From the human T2T-CHM13v2.0 reference genome, Homo sapiens, in NCBI RefSeq assembly GCF_009914755.1, contig NC_060940.1: a DNA stretch of 64,000 bases; one strand, written 5' to 3'. Numbering within the stretch: position 1 is the first letter of the stretch; every line of letters begins with the position of its first letter. A program made the translations under genes and the position numbers. The notes under the pieces were generated by a model. The model was not told where the DNA came from. It did no database searches and was given only the letters and a program-made list of their open reading frames with translations. This document shows positions 42,201 through 57,583 of this stretch, piece by piece.

Positions 42201-45200
42201 TCCATTCGAGTCCATTTGATGATTCCATTCAATTCCATACTCCGATGATTTCTTTTGAGCCCACTCAATGCTTCCACTCGATTCCATATGATGATGACTC
42301 CATTCGATGAAATTCGATGATGATTCCATTCGCTTGCTTTCGATGATGATTCCACTTGAGTCCGTTAGAAGATTCTATTCAATTACATTCCATGACGATT
42401 CCGTTCGAGTCCATTTGATGATTCCATTAGACTCCATTCGACGATGATTCCATTCGATGTTATTCGATGATTCCATTCGATCTCATTCGATGATGATTCC
42501 ATTCAACTCCATTCGATGTTTCCATTCGAGTTCATTCTATTATTCCATTAGATTCCATTCGATGATGATTCCATTCGATTCCATTTGATGATTGCATTCT
42601 ATTTCATTTGATGATGATTCCATTCGAGTCCACTCGATGATTCCATTCGAGTCCATTTAATGAATCCATTGGTTTCAATTCTATGATGATTACATTGGAT
42701 TCCATTCGTTGATGATTTCATTCGGTTCCATTCAATGATGATTCCATTCAATTCCTTTCAATGTTTCCATTCAATTCCATACGATGATGATTCCATTTGA
42801 TTTGATTCGACAGTGAGCCATTCGATTCAATTCCATGATGATTCTATTTGATTCAATTGGTTGACATTTCCATTCGATTCCATTCGATGATGATTCCCTT
42901 TGATTCCGTTCAAAGATGATTCCATTCTAGCCCATTCAATCATTCCATTCGATTCTATTCAATGATGATTCCATTCATGTCGATTTGGTGATTCCATTTG
43001 ACTTCATTTGATGATGATTCCTTTCAAGTTCATTAGATGATTCCATTCGATTCCATTTGATGATGATCCCATTCGAGTCCATTCAGTGATTCCATTCGTT
43101 TCCATTCCATGATGATTCCATTCCTTTCCATTCAATGATTCCATTCGATTCCGTTTGATGATGATTTCATTCGAGTCCATTTGATGATTCCATTTGATTC
43201 CATTCGATGATGATTCCATTCGAGTCCATTCGATGATTCTATTCGAATCCATTTGATGATTTCTTTTGATTATATTTGGTGATGATTCCATTGGAGTCCA
43301 TTCAATGATTCCATTCTATTCCAATCGATGATGATTCCATTAGAGTCCATTTAATGATTCCATTTGATTCCAGTCTCTGATGATTACATTCGAGTCCATA
43401 CGATGATTCCACTCAATTCCATATGATGATGATTCCATTTGATTCCATTCGGTGATTCCATTCTATTCTATTCAATGGTGATTCCATTCGAGTACATTAG
43501 ATGATTCCATTCGATTCCATTCAATGATGATTCTATTTGTGTCCCTTAGATGATTCCACATGATTCCATTAGATGATGATACTATTTGAGCCCATCCAAT
43601 GATTCCCTTCGATTCCATTCGATGAGGATTCCATTCGATTCAATTCATTGGTGATTCTATTCAATTCAATTCTTTGATTCCATTCCATTCCATTCGACAA
43701 TGATTCCATTCGATTTCTTTCGATGATTCCACTCGATTCCACTTGACATTGATTCCATTCGATTCCATTCAATGATTCCATTTGATTCCAGTGGATGATG
43801 ATTGCCATCGATTCCATTCGATCACTCCATTCTATTCCATTTGATGATGATTACATTCGATTCCATTTGATGATTCCATCTGATTCTATTCGAGGATTCC
43901 ATTTGATTCCATTCGATGATGATTCCATTCGAGTCCATTCGATGATTTCATTCGAGTACATCCAATGATTCCATTCGAGTCCATTAGATGATTCCATTTG
44001 ATTCCATTTGAAAATGATTCTACTAGAGTCCATTCAATGACTCCATTCGAGTCCATTCAACAATTCCATTCGACTCCATTCGATGATTCCATTCGATTCC
44101 ATTTGATGGTTCCATTCGAGTCCATTTAATCATTACAGTCGAGTCCATTTGGTGATTCCACTGGATTTCTTTTGATAATGATACCATTCAATTACATTTG
44201 ATGATGATCCCATTCAATTTCATTTGATGATGATTCCATTAGAGTCCATTCGATGATTTCATTCGAGTCCCTTCATTGATTCCATCCGATTTCATTGGAT
44301 GATGACTCCATTCGAGTCCATTCGATGATTCCACTCGATTCCATTAGATGACTCCATTGGAGTCCATTTGATTGTTCCATTCGATTCCATTCGATTCCTT
44401 TCGAAGATTATTCCATTTGAGTCCATTCGATGATGATTCCATTCCATTCCATTCGATGATTCCGTTTGATTCCATTCGATGATTCCCTTCGATTCCTTTC
44501 TTTGATGATTCCATTCCATTCCATTCAATGATTCCATTCGAATCTATTCCATGATGATTCCTTTCGATTCCATTCGCTGATGTTTCCGTTCAATTCCATT
44601 CGATGATGATTCCATTCGATTCCATTCATTGAGGATTCCATTTGATTCCATTCAATGATGATTCCATTCTATTCCATTCAATGATTGCATTCAATTCCAT
44701 TCAATGATTATCCCATTAGAGTAAACTCAACGATTCCATTCAATACCATTCGATGATGATTCCTTTTGAGTCCATTGAATGATTTCATTCAAGTCCATTT
44801 GATGATTCCTTTCAATTCCATTCTATGATGATTCCATTCGAGTCCATTCGATGATTCCATTAGATTGCATTCGATTATTCCATTATCTTCCATTCAACGG
44901 TGATTCCATTCGAGTCCATTCCATGATTCCATTAGAGTACATTTAATGATTGCTTTGTTTTCAATTCGAAGATGATTACATTGGATTCCATTCTATGATA
45001 CCATTTGATTCCATTCAATGATGATTCCACTCAAATCCATTGGATGATTCCATTCGTGTCCATTCGGTGATTTCATTAGATTCCATTCGAGGATGATTCC
45101 ATTCGATTCCATTCGATGATTCCATTCAATTCCATTCGATGATGATTCCATTCCAGTCCATATGATCATTCCATTTGATTTCATTCGATGATGATTCCAT

Positions 45201-45359
45201 TCGATTCCATTCGATGATTCCATTCTATTCCATTCGATGATGATTCCATTCGAGTCCATTCGATGATTCCATTCGAGTCCATTTAATGATTCCATTGGGT
45301 TCAATTCAATGATGATTACATTGGATTCCGTTCTATGATTCCATTCAATTCCGTTCATT
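39248..45359 (+). repeat. Canonical higher-order unit U6 (6,112 bp)
   Basis: Anchor at 39248 and 45360; ORF homologues 40086/46198 and 43004/49116. Confidence 0.94.
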
Positions 45360-48300
45360 GACAATTTGATTCCATTCGATGATGATTCCATTTGAGTTCA
45401 TTCGATGATTCTATTCGATTCTCTTCGATGGTGATTCAATTCTATTATATTGGATGATTCCATTCGATTCCATTTGATGTTGATTCAATTCGATTCTATT
45501 CGATGATGATTCCATTGGATTTCACTTGATGATTCTATTCGATTCCATTCAATGATGATTCACTTCTCGTCCATTGGATGATTCCATTTCATTCCATTCG
45601 ATGATGATTCCATTCGATTCCATTCGATGATTCCATTTGATTCCATGCGACGGTGAGCAATTCGATTCAATTCCATGATGATTCTATTTGATTCAATTAG
45701 ATGATGTTTCCATTCGAATCCATTCCATGATTATTCCATTGGAATCCATTCGGCGATGATTCCATATGAGTCAATTCAATGATGATTCCATATGGGTCCG
45801 TTCGATGATAATTCCATTTGATTTCATTCGATGCTTCTATTCTATTCCAGTCGATGATGATTCCGTTGGAGTCCATACGATGATTCCATTTGATTTCATT
45901 TGATGATGATTCCATTCGATGATGATTACATTGGATTCCATTCTATGATTCCATTCAATTCCATTCGTTGATGATTCGATTCCATTCAATGATGATTCCA
46001 TTTGAGTTCATTCGATGATTCTATTCGATTCCGTTCGATGGTGATTCAATTCTATTATATTGGATGATTCCACTCGATTCCATTTGATGATTATTCCATT
46101 GGAGTCCACTTAGTGAATCCTTTAGATTCTACTCGACGATGATTCCATTCGAGTCCATTCGATGATACCATTCAATTCCATTCGTTGATGCTTCCATTCA
46201 AGTGCATTCGATGATATCATTCGATTCCATTTGATGATAATTCCATTTGATTCCATGCGATGATTCTATTCGATTCCATTCAATGATAATTCCATTCAAT
46301 TCAGTGATTCCTCTGGACTCCATTTGATGATGATTCCATTCAATGATTCCATTCGATTCTATTCGAAAATGATTCCATTTGAATCCATTTGATGATGATT
46401 CCATTAGATTCCATTTGATGATTCCATTCGATTCCATTCGACGATGATTCCATTCGATTCCGTTTGATGATTCCATTCTATTCTATTCGATGATGATTCC
46501 ATTCGATTCCATTCGATGATGATTGGATTCGATTCCATTTGATGATTTCATTTGATTCCATTCGTTAATGATTTCGATCAATTCCATTCGATGATTCCAT
46601 TCGATTCCATTCGATAATGGTTACATCCGAGTCCATTCGATGATTCCCTTTGAGCCTGTTCGATAATTCCATTTGAGTCCAACCAATGATTCCATTCATT
46701 TCCATTCAATGATTCCATTCGAGTCCATTTGATCATTCCGGTAGGGTCCATTCGATGTTGATTCCATTGGAGTGCATTCGATGATTCCATTCGAGTCCAT
46801 TTTAGGATTTGATTCGAGTCCTTTCGATGATTCCATTCGATTCCACTCGATGATGATTTCATTCGAGTCCATTCGACACTTCCAATCGATTCCATTTGAT
46901 GATTCCATTCGAGTCCAATTGATGATTCCATTCAATTCCATTCGATGATGATTCCGTACGATTCCATTCTGTGATGATTCCATGTGATTGCATTCAATGA
47001 TGATTCCTTTCGATTGCATTCGATTATGATTCATTTCGTGTTCATTCTATGGTTCCACAGGTTTCCATTCGTGTCCATTCCATTATTCCATTCTATTCCA
47101 TTTGATGATGATTCCATTCGATTCCATTCATTGGTGATTCCACTCAATTCCATTCAATGATTCCATTCCATTTCTTTCAACAATGATTCCATTAGTTTCT
47201 AATCGATGATCCACTTGATTCCATTTGACGACGATTCCATTCTTGTCCATTCGATGATTCCATTTGATTCCATATGATGATGATTCCATTCGATTCCATA
47301 CCATGATGATTCCATTCGAGTCCATTCAATGGTGATTCCATTCAATTCCATTCGATGATTCCTTTTGATTCCATTCGATGATGATGGCATTCGATTCCTT
47401 TCAATCATTCCCTTTGATTCCATTCAAAGGTGATTTCATTCAAGTCCATTCGATAATTGCATTCGATTCCATTCTATGATGATTCCATTCGAGTCCATTT
47501 GATGATTCCATTCAATTCAAGTCAATGATGATTCCATTCGATTCCATTCGATGATTCCATTGGATTCCATTCGATGATGATTCCATTCAAATCCATTCGA
47601 TAATTCAATTCAAGTCCATTCGATGATGATTCCAATCGAATCCATTCAAAGATTCCATTCTGTTCCATTCGATGATTCCCTTAGATTCCATTCGATGATT
47701 CCACTTGATTGCATTTACGATGATTCCATTCGATTCCATGTGATGATTCCATTCAATTCTATTCAATGATGTCTCCATTTGATTCCATTCGACCATGATT
47801 GCCTTTGATTCCATTCAATGATTCTATTCGGTTCCGTTTGATGATGATTCCGTTCGATTCCATTTGATGATTCCATTTGATTCCATTGGATGAGTCCATT
47901 CGATTACATTCGATGATTATTCCATTCGAGTGCATTAGATGATTCCATTCGAGTCCATTCGATGATTCCATTCGATTCCATTCGATGTTGATTCTGTTCA
48001 AATCCATTCGATGATTCCACTCGATTCCATTCGTTGACTCCATTTGATCCCATTCGATGATTTCCTTTGATTCCCTTTGATGATCATTCCATTTGATTCA
48101 ATTCGGTGATTTCATTTGATTCCATTCAGTGATGTTTCCATTCGACTCCATTCGATGATGATTCCATTCGACTCCATTCGATTATGATTTCATTCAATTC
48201 CATTCGATAATGATTCCCTTCGAGTCCATTCGATGATTCCATTCGATTCCATTCAACGATGATTTGATTCGTGTCCATTCGATGATTCCATTTGATTCCA

Positions 48301-51300
48301 CTTGATGATGATTCCATTCGAGTCCATTTGATGATTCCATTCAATTCCATACTCCGATGATTTCTTTTGAGCCCACTCAATGCTTCCACTCGATTCCATA
48401 TGATGATGACTCCATTCGATGAAATTCGATGATGATTCCATTCGCTTGCTTTCGATGATGATTCCACTTGAGTCCGTTAGAAGATTCTATTCAATTACAT
48501 TCCATGATGATTCCGTTCGAGTCCATTTGATGATTCCATTAGACTCCATTCGACGATGATTCCATTCGATGTTATTCGATGATTCCATTCGATCTCATTC
48601 GATGATGATTCCATTCAACTCCATTCGATGTTTCCATTCGGGTTCATTCTATTATTCCATTAGATTCCATTCGATGATGATTCCATTCGATTCCATTTGA
48701 TGATTGCATTCTATTTCATTTGATGATGATTCCATTCGAGTCCACTCGATGATTCCATTCGAGTCCATTTAATGAATCCATTGGTTTCAATTCTATGATG
48801 ATTACATTGGATTCCATTCGTTGATGATTTCATTCGGTTCCATTCAATGATGATTCCATTCAATTCCTTTCAATGTTTCCATTCAATTCCATACGATGAT
48901 GATTCCATTTGATTTGATTCGACAGTGAGCCATTCGATTCAATTCCATGATGATTCTATTTGATTCAATTGGTTGACATTTCCATTCGATTCCATTCGAT
49001 GATGATTCCCTTTGATTCCGTTCAAAGATGATTCCATTCTAGCCCATTCAATCATTCCATTCGATTCTATTCAATGATGATTCCATTCATGTCGATTTGG
49101 TGATTCCATTTGACTTCATTTGATGATGATTCCTTTCAAGTTCATTAGATGATTCCATTCGATTCCATTTGATGATGATCCCATTCGAGTCCATTCAGTG
49201 ATTCCATTCGTTTCCATTCCATGATGATTCCATTCCTTTCCATTCAATGATTCCATTCGATTCCGTTTGATGATGATTTCATTCGAGTCCATTTGATGAT
49301 TCCATTTGATTCCATTCGATGATGATTCCATTCGAGTCCATTCGATGATTCTATTCGAATCCATTTGATGATTTCTTTTGATTATATTTGGTGATGATTC
49401 CATTGGAGTCCATTCAATGATTCCATTCTATTCCAATCGATGATGATTCCATTAGAGTCCATTTAATGATTCCATTTGATTCCAGTCTCTGATGATTACA
49501 TTCGAGTCCATACGATGATTCCACTCAATTCCATATGATGATGATTCCATTTGATTCCATTCGGTGATTCCATTCTATTCTATTCAATGGTGATTCCATT
49601 CGAGTACATTAGATGATTCCATTCGATTCCATTCAATGATGATTCTATTTGTGTCCCTTAGATGATTCCACATGATTCCATTAGATGATGATACTATTTG
49701 AGCCCATCCAATGATTCCCTTCGATTCCATTCGATGAGGATTCCATTCGATTCAATTCATTGGTGATTCTATTCAATTCAATTCTTTGATTCCATTCCAT
49801 TCCATTCGACAATGATTCCATTCGATTTCTTTCGATGATTCCACTCGATTCCACTTGACATTGATTCCATTCGATTCCATTCAATGATTCCATTTGATTC
49901 CAGTGGATGATGATTGCCATCGATTCCATTCGATCACTCCATTCTATTCCATTTGATGATGATTACATTCGATTCCATTTGATGATTCCATCTGATTCTA
50001 TTCGAGGATTCCATTTGATTCCATTCGATGATGATTCCATTCGAGTCCATTCGATGATTTCATTCGAGTACATCCAATGATTCCATTCGAGTCCATTAGA
50101 TGATTACATTTGATTCCATTTGAAAATGATTCTACTAGAGTCCATTCAATGACTCCATTCGAGTCCATTCAACAATTCCATTCGACTCCATTCGATGATT
50201 CCATTCGATTCCATTTGATGGTTCCATTCGAGTCCATTTAATCATTACAGTCGAGTCCATTTGGTGATTCCACTGGATTTCTTTTGATAATGATACCATT
50301 CAATTACATTTGATGATGATCCCATTCAATTTCATTTGATGATGATTCCATTAGAGTCCGTTCGATGATTTCATTCGAGTCCCTTCATTGATTCCATCCG
50401 ATTTCATTGGATGATGACTCCATTCGAGTCCATTCGATGATTCCACTCGATTCCATTAGATGACTCCATTGGAGTCCATTTGATTGTTCCATTCGATTCC
50501 ATTCGATTCCTTTCGAAGATTATTCCATTTGAGTCCATTCGATGATGATTCCATTCCATTCCATTCGATGATTCCGTTTGATTCCATTCGATGATTCCCT
50601 TCGATTCCTTTCTTTGATGATTCCATTCCATTCCATTCAATGATTCCATTCGAATCTATTCCATGATGATTCCTTTCGATTCCATTCGCTGATGTTTCCG
50701 TTCAATTCCATTCGATGATGATTCCATTCGATTCCATTCATTGAGGATTCCATTTGATTCCATTCAATGATGATTCCATTCTATTCCATTCAATGATTGC
50801 ATTCAATTCCATTCAATGATTATCCCATTAGAGTAAACTCAACGATTCCATTCAATACCATTCGATGATGATTCCTTTTGAGTCCATTGAATGATTTCAT
50901 TCAAGTCCATTTGATGATTCCTTTCAATTCCATTCTATGATGATTCCATTCGAGTCCATTCGATGATTCCATTAGATTGCATTCGATTATTCCATTATAT
51001 TCCATTCAACGGTGATTCCATTCGAGTCCATTCCATGATTCCATTAGAGTACATTTAATGATTGCTTTGTTTTCAATTCGAAGATGATTACATTGGATTC
51101 CATTCTATGATACCATTTGATTCCATTCAATGATGATTCCACTCAAATCCATTGGATGATTCCATTCGTGTCCATTCGGTGATTTCATTAGATTCCATTC
51201 GAGGATGATTCCATTCGATTCCATTCGATGATTCCATTCAATTCCATTCGATGATGATTCCATTCCAGTCCATATGATCATTCCATTTGATTTCATTCGA

Positions 51301-51471
51301 TGATGATTCCATTCGATTCCATTCGATGATTCCATTCTATTCCATTCGATGATGATTCCATTCGAGTCCATTCGATGATTCCATTCGAGTCCATTTAATG
51401 ATTCCATTGGGTTCAATTCAATGATGATTACATTGGATTCCGTTCTATGATTCCATTCAATTCCGTTCATT
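45360..51471 (+). repeat. Canonical higher-order unit U7 (6,112 bp)
   Basis: Anchor at 45360 and 51472; ORF homologues 46198/52310 and 49681/55793. Confidence 0.94.
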
Positions 51472-54400
51472 GACAATTTGATTCCAATCGATGATGATTC
51501 CATTTGAGTTCATTCGATGATTCTATTCGATTCTCTTCGATGGTGATTCAATTCTATTATATTGGATGATTCCATTCGATTCCATTTGATGTTGATTCAA
51601 TTCGATTCTATTCGATGATGATTCCATTGGATTTCACTTGATGATTCTATTCGATTCCATTCAATGATGATTCACTTCTCGTCCATTGGATGATTCCATT
51701 TCATTCCATTCGATGATGATTCCATTCGATTCCATTCGATGATTCCATTTGATTCCATGCGACGGTGAGCAATTCGATTCAATTCCATGATGATTCTATT
51801 TGATTCAATTAGATGATGTTTCCATTCGAATCCATTCCATGATTATTCCATTGGAATCCATTCGGCGATGATTCCATATGAGTCAATTCAATGATGATTC
51901 CATATGGGTCCGTTCGATGATAATTCCATTTGATTTCATTCGATGCTTCTATTCTATTCCAGTCGATGATGATTCCGTTGGAGTCCATACGATGATTCCA
52001 TTTGATTTCATTTCATGATGATTCCATTCGATGACGATTACATTGGATTCCATTCTATGATTCCATTCAATTCCATTCGTTGATGATTCGATTCCATTCA
52101 ATGATGATTCCATTTGAGTTCATTCGATGATTCTATTCGATTCCGTTCGATGGTGATTCAATTCTATTATATTGGATGATTCCACTCGATTCCATTTGAT
52201 GATTATTCCATTGGAGTCCACTTAGTGAATCCTTTAGTTTCTACACGACGATGATTCCATTCGAGTCCATTCGATGATACCATTCAATTCCATTCGTTGA
52301 TGCTTCCATTCAAGTGCATTCGATGATATCATTCGATTCCATTTGATGATAATTCCATTTGATTCCATGCGATGATTCTATTCGATTCCATTCAATGATA
52401 ATTCCATTCAATTCAGTGATTCCTCTGGACTCCATTTGATGATGATTCCATTCAATGATTCCATTCGATTCTATTCGAAAATGATTCCATTTGAATCCAT
52501 TTGATGATGATTCCATTAGATTCCATTTGATGATTCCATTCGATTCCATTCGACGATGATTCCATTCGATTCCGTTTGATGATTCCATTCTATTCTATTC
52601 GATGATGATTCCATTCGATTCCATTCGATGATGATTGGATTCGATTCCATTTGATGATTTCATTTGATTCCATTCGTTAATGATTTCGATCAATTCCATT
52701 CGATGATTCCATTCGATTCCATTCGATAATGATTACATCCGAGTCCATTCGATGATTCCCTTTGAGCCTGTTCGATAATTCCATTTGAGTCCAACCAATG
52801 ATTCCATTCATTTCCATTCAATGATTCCATTCGAGTCCATTTGATCATTCCGGTAGGGTCCATTCGATGTTGATTCCATTGGAGTGCATTCGATGATTCC
52901 ATTCGAGTCCATTTTAGGATTTGATTCGAGTCCTTTCGATGATTCCATTCGATTCCACTCGATGATGATTTCATTCGAGTCCATTCGACACTTCCAATCG
53001 ATTCCATTTGATGATTCCATTCGAGTCCAATTGATGATTCCATTCAATTCCATTCGATGATGATTCCGTACGATTCCATTCTGTGATGATTCCATGTGAT
53101 TGCATTCAATGATGATTCCTTTCGATTGCATTCGATTATGATTCATTTCGTGTTCATTCTATGGTTCCACAGGTTTCCATTCGTGTCCATTCCATTATTC
53201 CATTCTATTCCATTTGATGATGATTCCATTCGATTCCATTCATTGGTGATTCCACTCAATTCCATTCAATGATTCCATTCCATTTCTTTCAACAATGATT
53301 CCATTAGTTTCTAATCGATGATCCACTTGATTCCATTTGACGACGATTCCATTCTTGTCCATTCGATGATTCCATTTGATTCCATATGATGATGATTCCA
53401 TTCGATTCCATACCATGATGATTCCATTCGAGTCCATTCAATGGTGATTCCATTCAATTCCATTCGATGATTCCTTCCGATTCCATTCGATGATGATGGC
53501 ATTCGATTCCTTTCAATCATTCCCTTTGATTCCATTCAAAGGTGATTTCATTCAAGTCCATTCGATAATTGCATTCGATTCCATTCTATGATGATTCCAT
53601 TCGAGTCCATTTGATGATTCCATTCAATTCAAGTCAATGATGATTCCATTCGATTCCATTCGATGATTCCATTGGATTCCATTCGATGATGATTCCATTC
53701 AAATCCATTCGATAATTCAATTCAAGTCCATTCGATGATGATTCCAATCGAATCCATTCAAAGATTCCATTCAGTTCCATTCGATGATTCCCTTAGATTC
53801 CATTCGATGATTCCACTTGATTGCATTTACGATGATTCCATTCGATTCCATGTGATGATTCCATTCAATTCTATTCAATGATGTCTCCATTTGATTCCAT
53901 TCGACCATGATTGCCTTTGATTCCATTCAATGATTCCATTCGGTTCCGTTTGATGATGATTCCGTTCGATTCCATTTGATGATTCCATTTGATTCCATTG
54001 GATGAGTCCATTCGATTACATTCGATGATTATTCCATTCGAGTGCATTAGATGATTCCATTCGAGTCCATTCGATGATTCCATTCGATTCCATTCGATGT
54101 TGATTCTGTTCAAATCCATTCGATGATTCCACTCGATTCCATTCGTTGACTCCATTTGATCCCATTCGATGATTTCCTTTGATTCCCTTTGATGATCATT
54201 CCATTTGATTCAATTCGGTGATTTCATTTGATTCCATTCAGTGATGTTTCCATTCGACTCCATTCGATGATGATTCCATTCGACTCCATTCGATTATGAT
54301 TTCATTCAATTCCATTCGATAATGATTCCCTTCGAGTCCATTCGATGATTCCATTCGATTCCATTCAACGATGATTTGATTCGTGTCCATTCGATGATTC

Positions 54401-57400
54401 CATCTGATTCCTCTTGATGATGATTCCATTCGAGTCCATTTGATGATTCCATTCAATTCCATACTCCGATGATTTCTTTTGAGCCCACTCAATGCTTCCA
54501 CTCGATTCCATATGATGATGACTCCATTCGATGAAATTCGATGATGATTCCATTCGCTTGCTTTCGATGATGATTCCACTTGAGTCCGTTAGAAGATTCT
54601 ATTCAATTACATTCCATGACGATTCCGTTCGAGTCCATTTGATGATTCCATTAGACTCCATTCGACGATGATTCCATTCGATGTTATTCGATGATTCCAT
54701 TCGATCTCATTCGATGATGATTCCATTCAACTCCATTCGATGTTTCCATTCGAGTTCATTCTATTATTCCATTAGATTCCATTCGATGATGATTCCATTC
54801 GATTCCATTTGATGATTGCATTCTATTTCATTTGATGATGATTCCATTCGAGTCCACTCGATGATTCCATTCGAGTCCATTTAATGAATCCATTGGTTTC
54901 AATTCTATGATGATTACATTGGATTCCATTCGTTGATGATTTCATTCGGTTCCATTCAATGATGATTCCATTCAATTCCTTTCAATGTTTCCATTCAATT
55001 CCATACGATGATGATTCCATTTGATTTGATTCGACAGTGAGCCATTCGATTCAATTCCATGACGATTCTATTTGATTCAATTGGTTGACATTTCCATTCG
55101 ATTCCATTCGATGATGATTCCCTTTGATTCCGTTCAAAGATGATTCCATTCTAGCCCATTCAATCATTCCATTCGATTCTATTCAATGATGATTCCATTC
55201 ATGTCGATTTGGTGATTCCATTTGACTTCATTTGATGATGATTCCTTTCAAGTTCATTAGATGATTCCATTCGATTCCATTTGATGATGATCCCATTCGA
55301 GTCCATTCAGTGATTCCATTCGTTTCCATTCCATGATGATTCCATTCCTTTCCATTCAATGATTCCATTCGATTCCGTTTGATGATGATTTCATTCGAGT
55401 CCATTTGATGATTCCATTTGATTCCATTCGATGATGATTCCATTCGAGTCCATTCGATGATTCTATTCGAATCCATTTGATGATTTCTTTTGATTATATT
55501 TGGTGATGATTCCATTGGAGTCCATTCAATGATTCCATTCTATTCCAATCGATGATGATTCCATTAGAGTCCATTTAATGATTCCATTTGATTCCAGTCT
55601 CTGATGATTACATTCGAGTCCATACGATGATTCCACTCAATTCCATATGATGATGATTCCATTTGATTCCATTCGGTGATTCCGTTCTATTCTATTCAAT
55701 GGTGATTCCATTCGAGTACATTAGATGATTCCATTCGATTCCATTCAATGATGATTCTATTTGTGTCCCTTAGATGATTCCACATGATTCCATTAGATGA
55801 TGATACTATTTGAGCCCATCCAATGATTCCCTTCGATTCCATTCGATGAGGATTCCATTCGATTCAATTCATTGGTGATTCTATTCAATTCAATTCTTTG
55901 ATTCCATTCCATTCCATTAGACAATGATTCCATTCGATTTCTTTCGATGATTCCACTCGATTCCACTTGACATTGATTCCATTCGATTCCATTCAATGAT
56001 TCCATTTGATTCCAGTGGATGATGATTGCCATCGATTCCATTCGATCACTCCATTCTATTCCATTTGATGATGATTACATTCGATTCCATTTGATGATTC
56101 CATCTGATTTTATTCGAGGATTCCATTTGATTCCATTCGATGATGATTCCATTCGAGTCCTTTCGATGATTTCATTCGAGTACATCCAATGATTCCATTC
56201 GAGTCCATTTGATGATTCCATTTGATTCCATTTGATTATGATTCTACTAGAGTCCATTCAATGACTCCATTCGAATCCATTCAACAATTCCATTCGACTC
56301 CATTCGATGATTGCATTCGATTCCATTTGATGATTCCATTCGAGTCCATTTAATCATTACAGTCGAGTCCATTTGGTGATTCCACCGGATTTCTTTTAAT
56401 AATGATACCATTCCATTACATTTGATGATGATCCCATTCAATTTCATTAGATGATGATTCCCTTAGAGTCCATTCGATGATTTCATTCGAGTCCCTTCAC
56501 TGATTCCATCCGATTTCATTGGATGATGACTCCATTCGAGTCCATTCGATGATTCCACTCGATTCCATTAGATGATTCCATTGGAGTCCATTTGATTGTT
56601 CCATTCGATTCCATTCGATTCCTTTCGAAGATTATTCCATTTGAGTCCATTCGATGATGATTCCATTCCATTCCATTCGATGATTCCGTTTGATTCCATT
56701 CGATGATTCCCTTCGATTCCTTTCTTTGATGATTCCATTCCATTCCATTCAATGATTCCATTCGAATCTATTCCATGATGATTCCTTTCGATTCCATTCG
56801 TTGATGTTTCCGTTCAATTCCATTCGATGATGATTCCATTCGATTCCATTCATTGAGGATTCCATTTGATTCCATTCAATGATGATTCCATTCTATTCCA
56901 TTCAATGATTGCATTCAATTCCATTCAATGATTATCCCATTAGAGTAAACTCAAAGATTCCTTTCAATACCATTCGATGATGATTCCTTTTGAGTCCATT
57001 CAATGATTTCATTCAAGTCCATTTGATGATTCCTTTCAATTCCATTCTATGATGATTCCATTCGAGTCCATTCGATGATTCCATTCGATTGCATTCGATG
57101 ATTCCATTATATTCCATTCAACGATGATTCCATTCGAGTCCATTCGATGATTCCATTAGAGTACATTTAATGATTGCTTTGTTTTCAATTCGAAGATGAT
57201 TACATTGGATTCCATTCTATGATACCATTCGATTCCATTCAATGATGATTCCACTCAAATCCATTGGATGATTCCATTCGTGTCCATTCGGTGATTTCAT
57301 TAGATTCCATTCGAGGATGATTCCATTTGATTCCCTTCGATGATTCCATTCAATTCCATTCGATGATGATTCCATTCCAGTCCATATGATCATTCCATTT

Positions 57401-57583
57401 GATTTCATTCGATGATGATTCCATTCGATTCCATTCGATGATTCCAATCTATTCCATTCGATGATGATTCCATTCGAGTCCATTCGATGATTCCATTCGA
57501 GTCCATTTAATGATTCCATTGGGTTCAATTCAATGATGATTACATTGGATTCCGTTCTATGATTCCATTCAATTCCGTTCATT
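51472..57583 (+). repeat. Canonical higher-order unit U8 (6,112 bp), mosaic right end
   Basis: Anchor at 51472 and 57584; ORF homologues 52310/58422 and 55228/61340. Confidence 0.94.
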
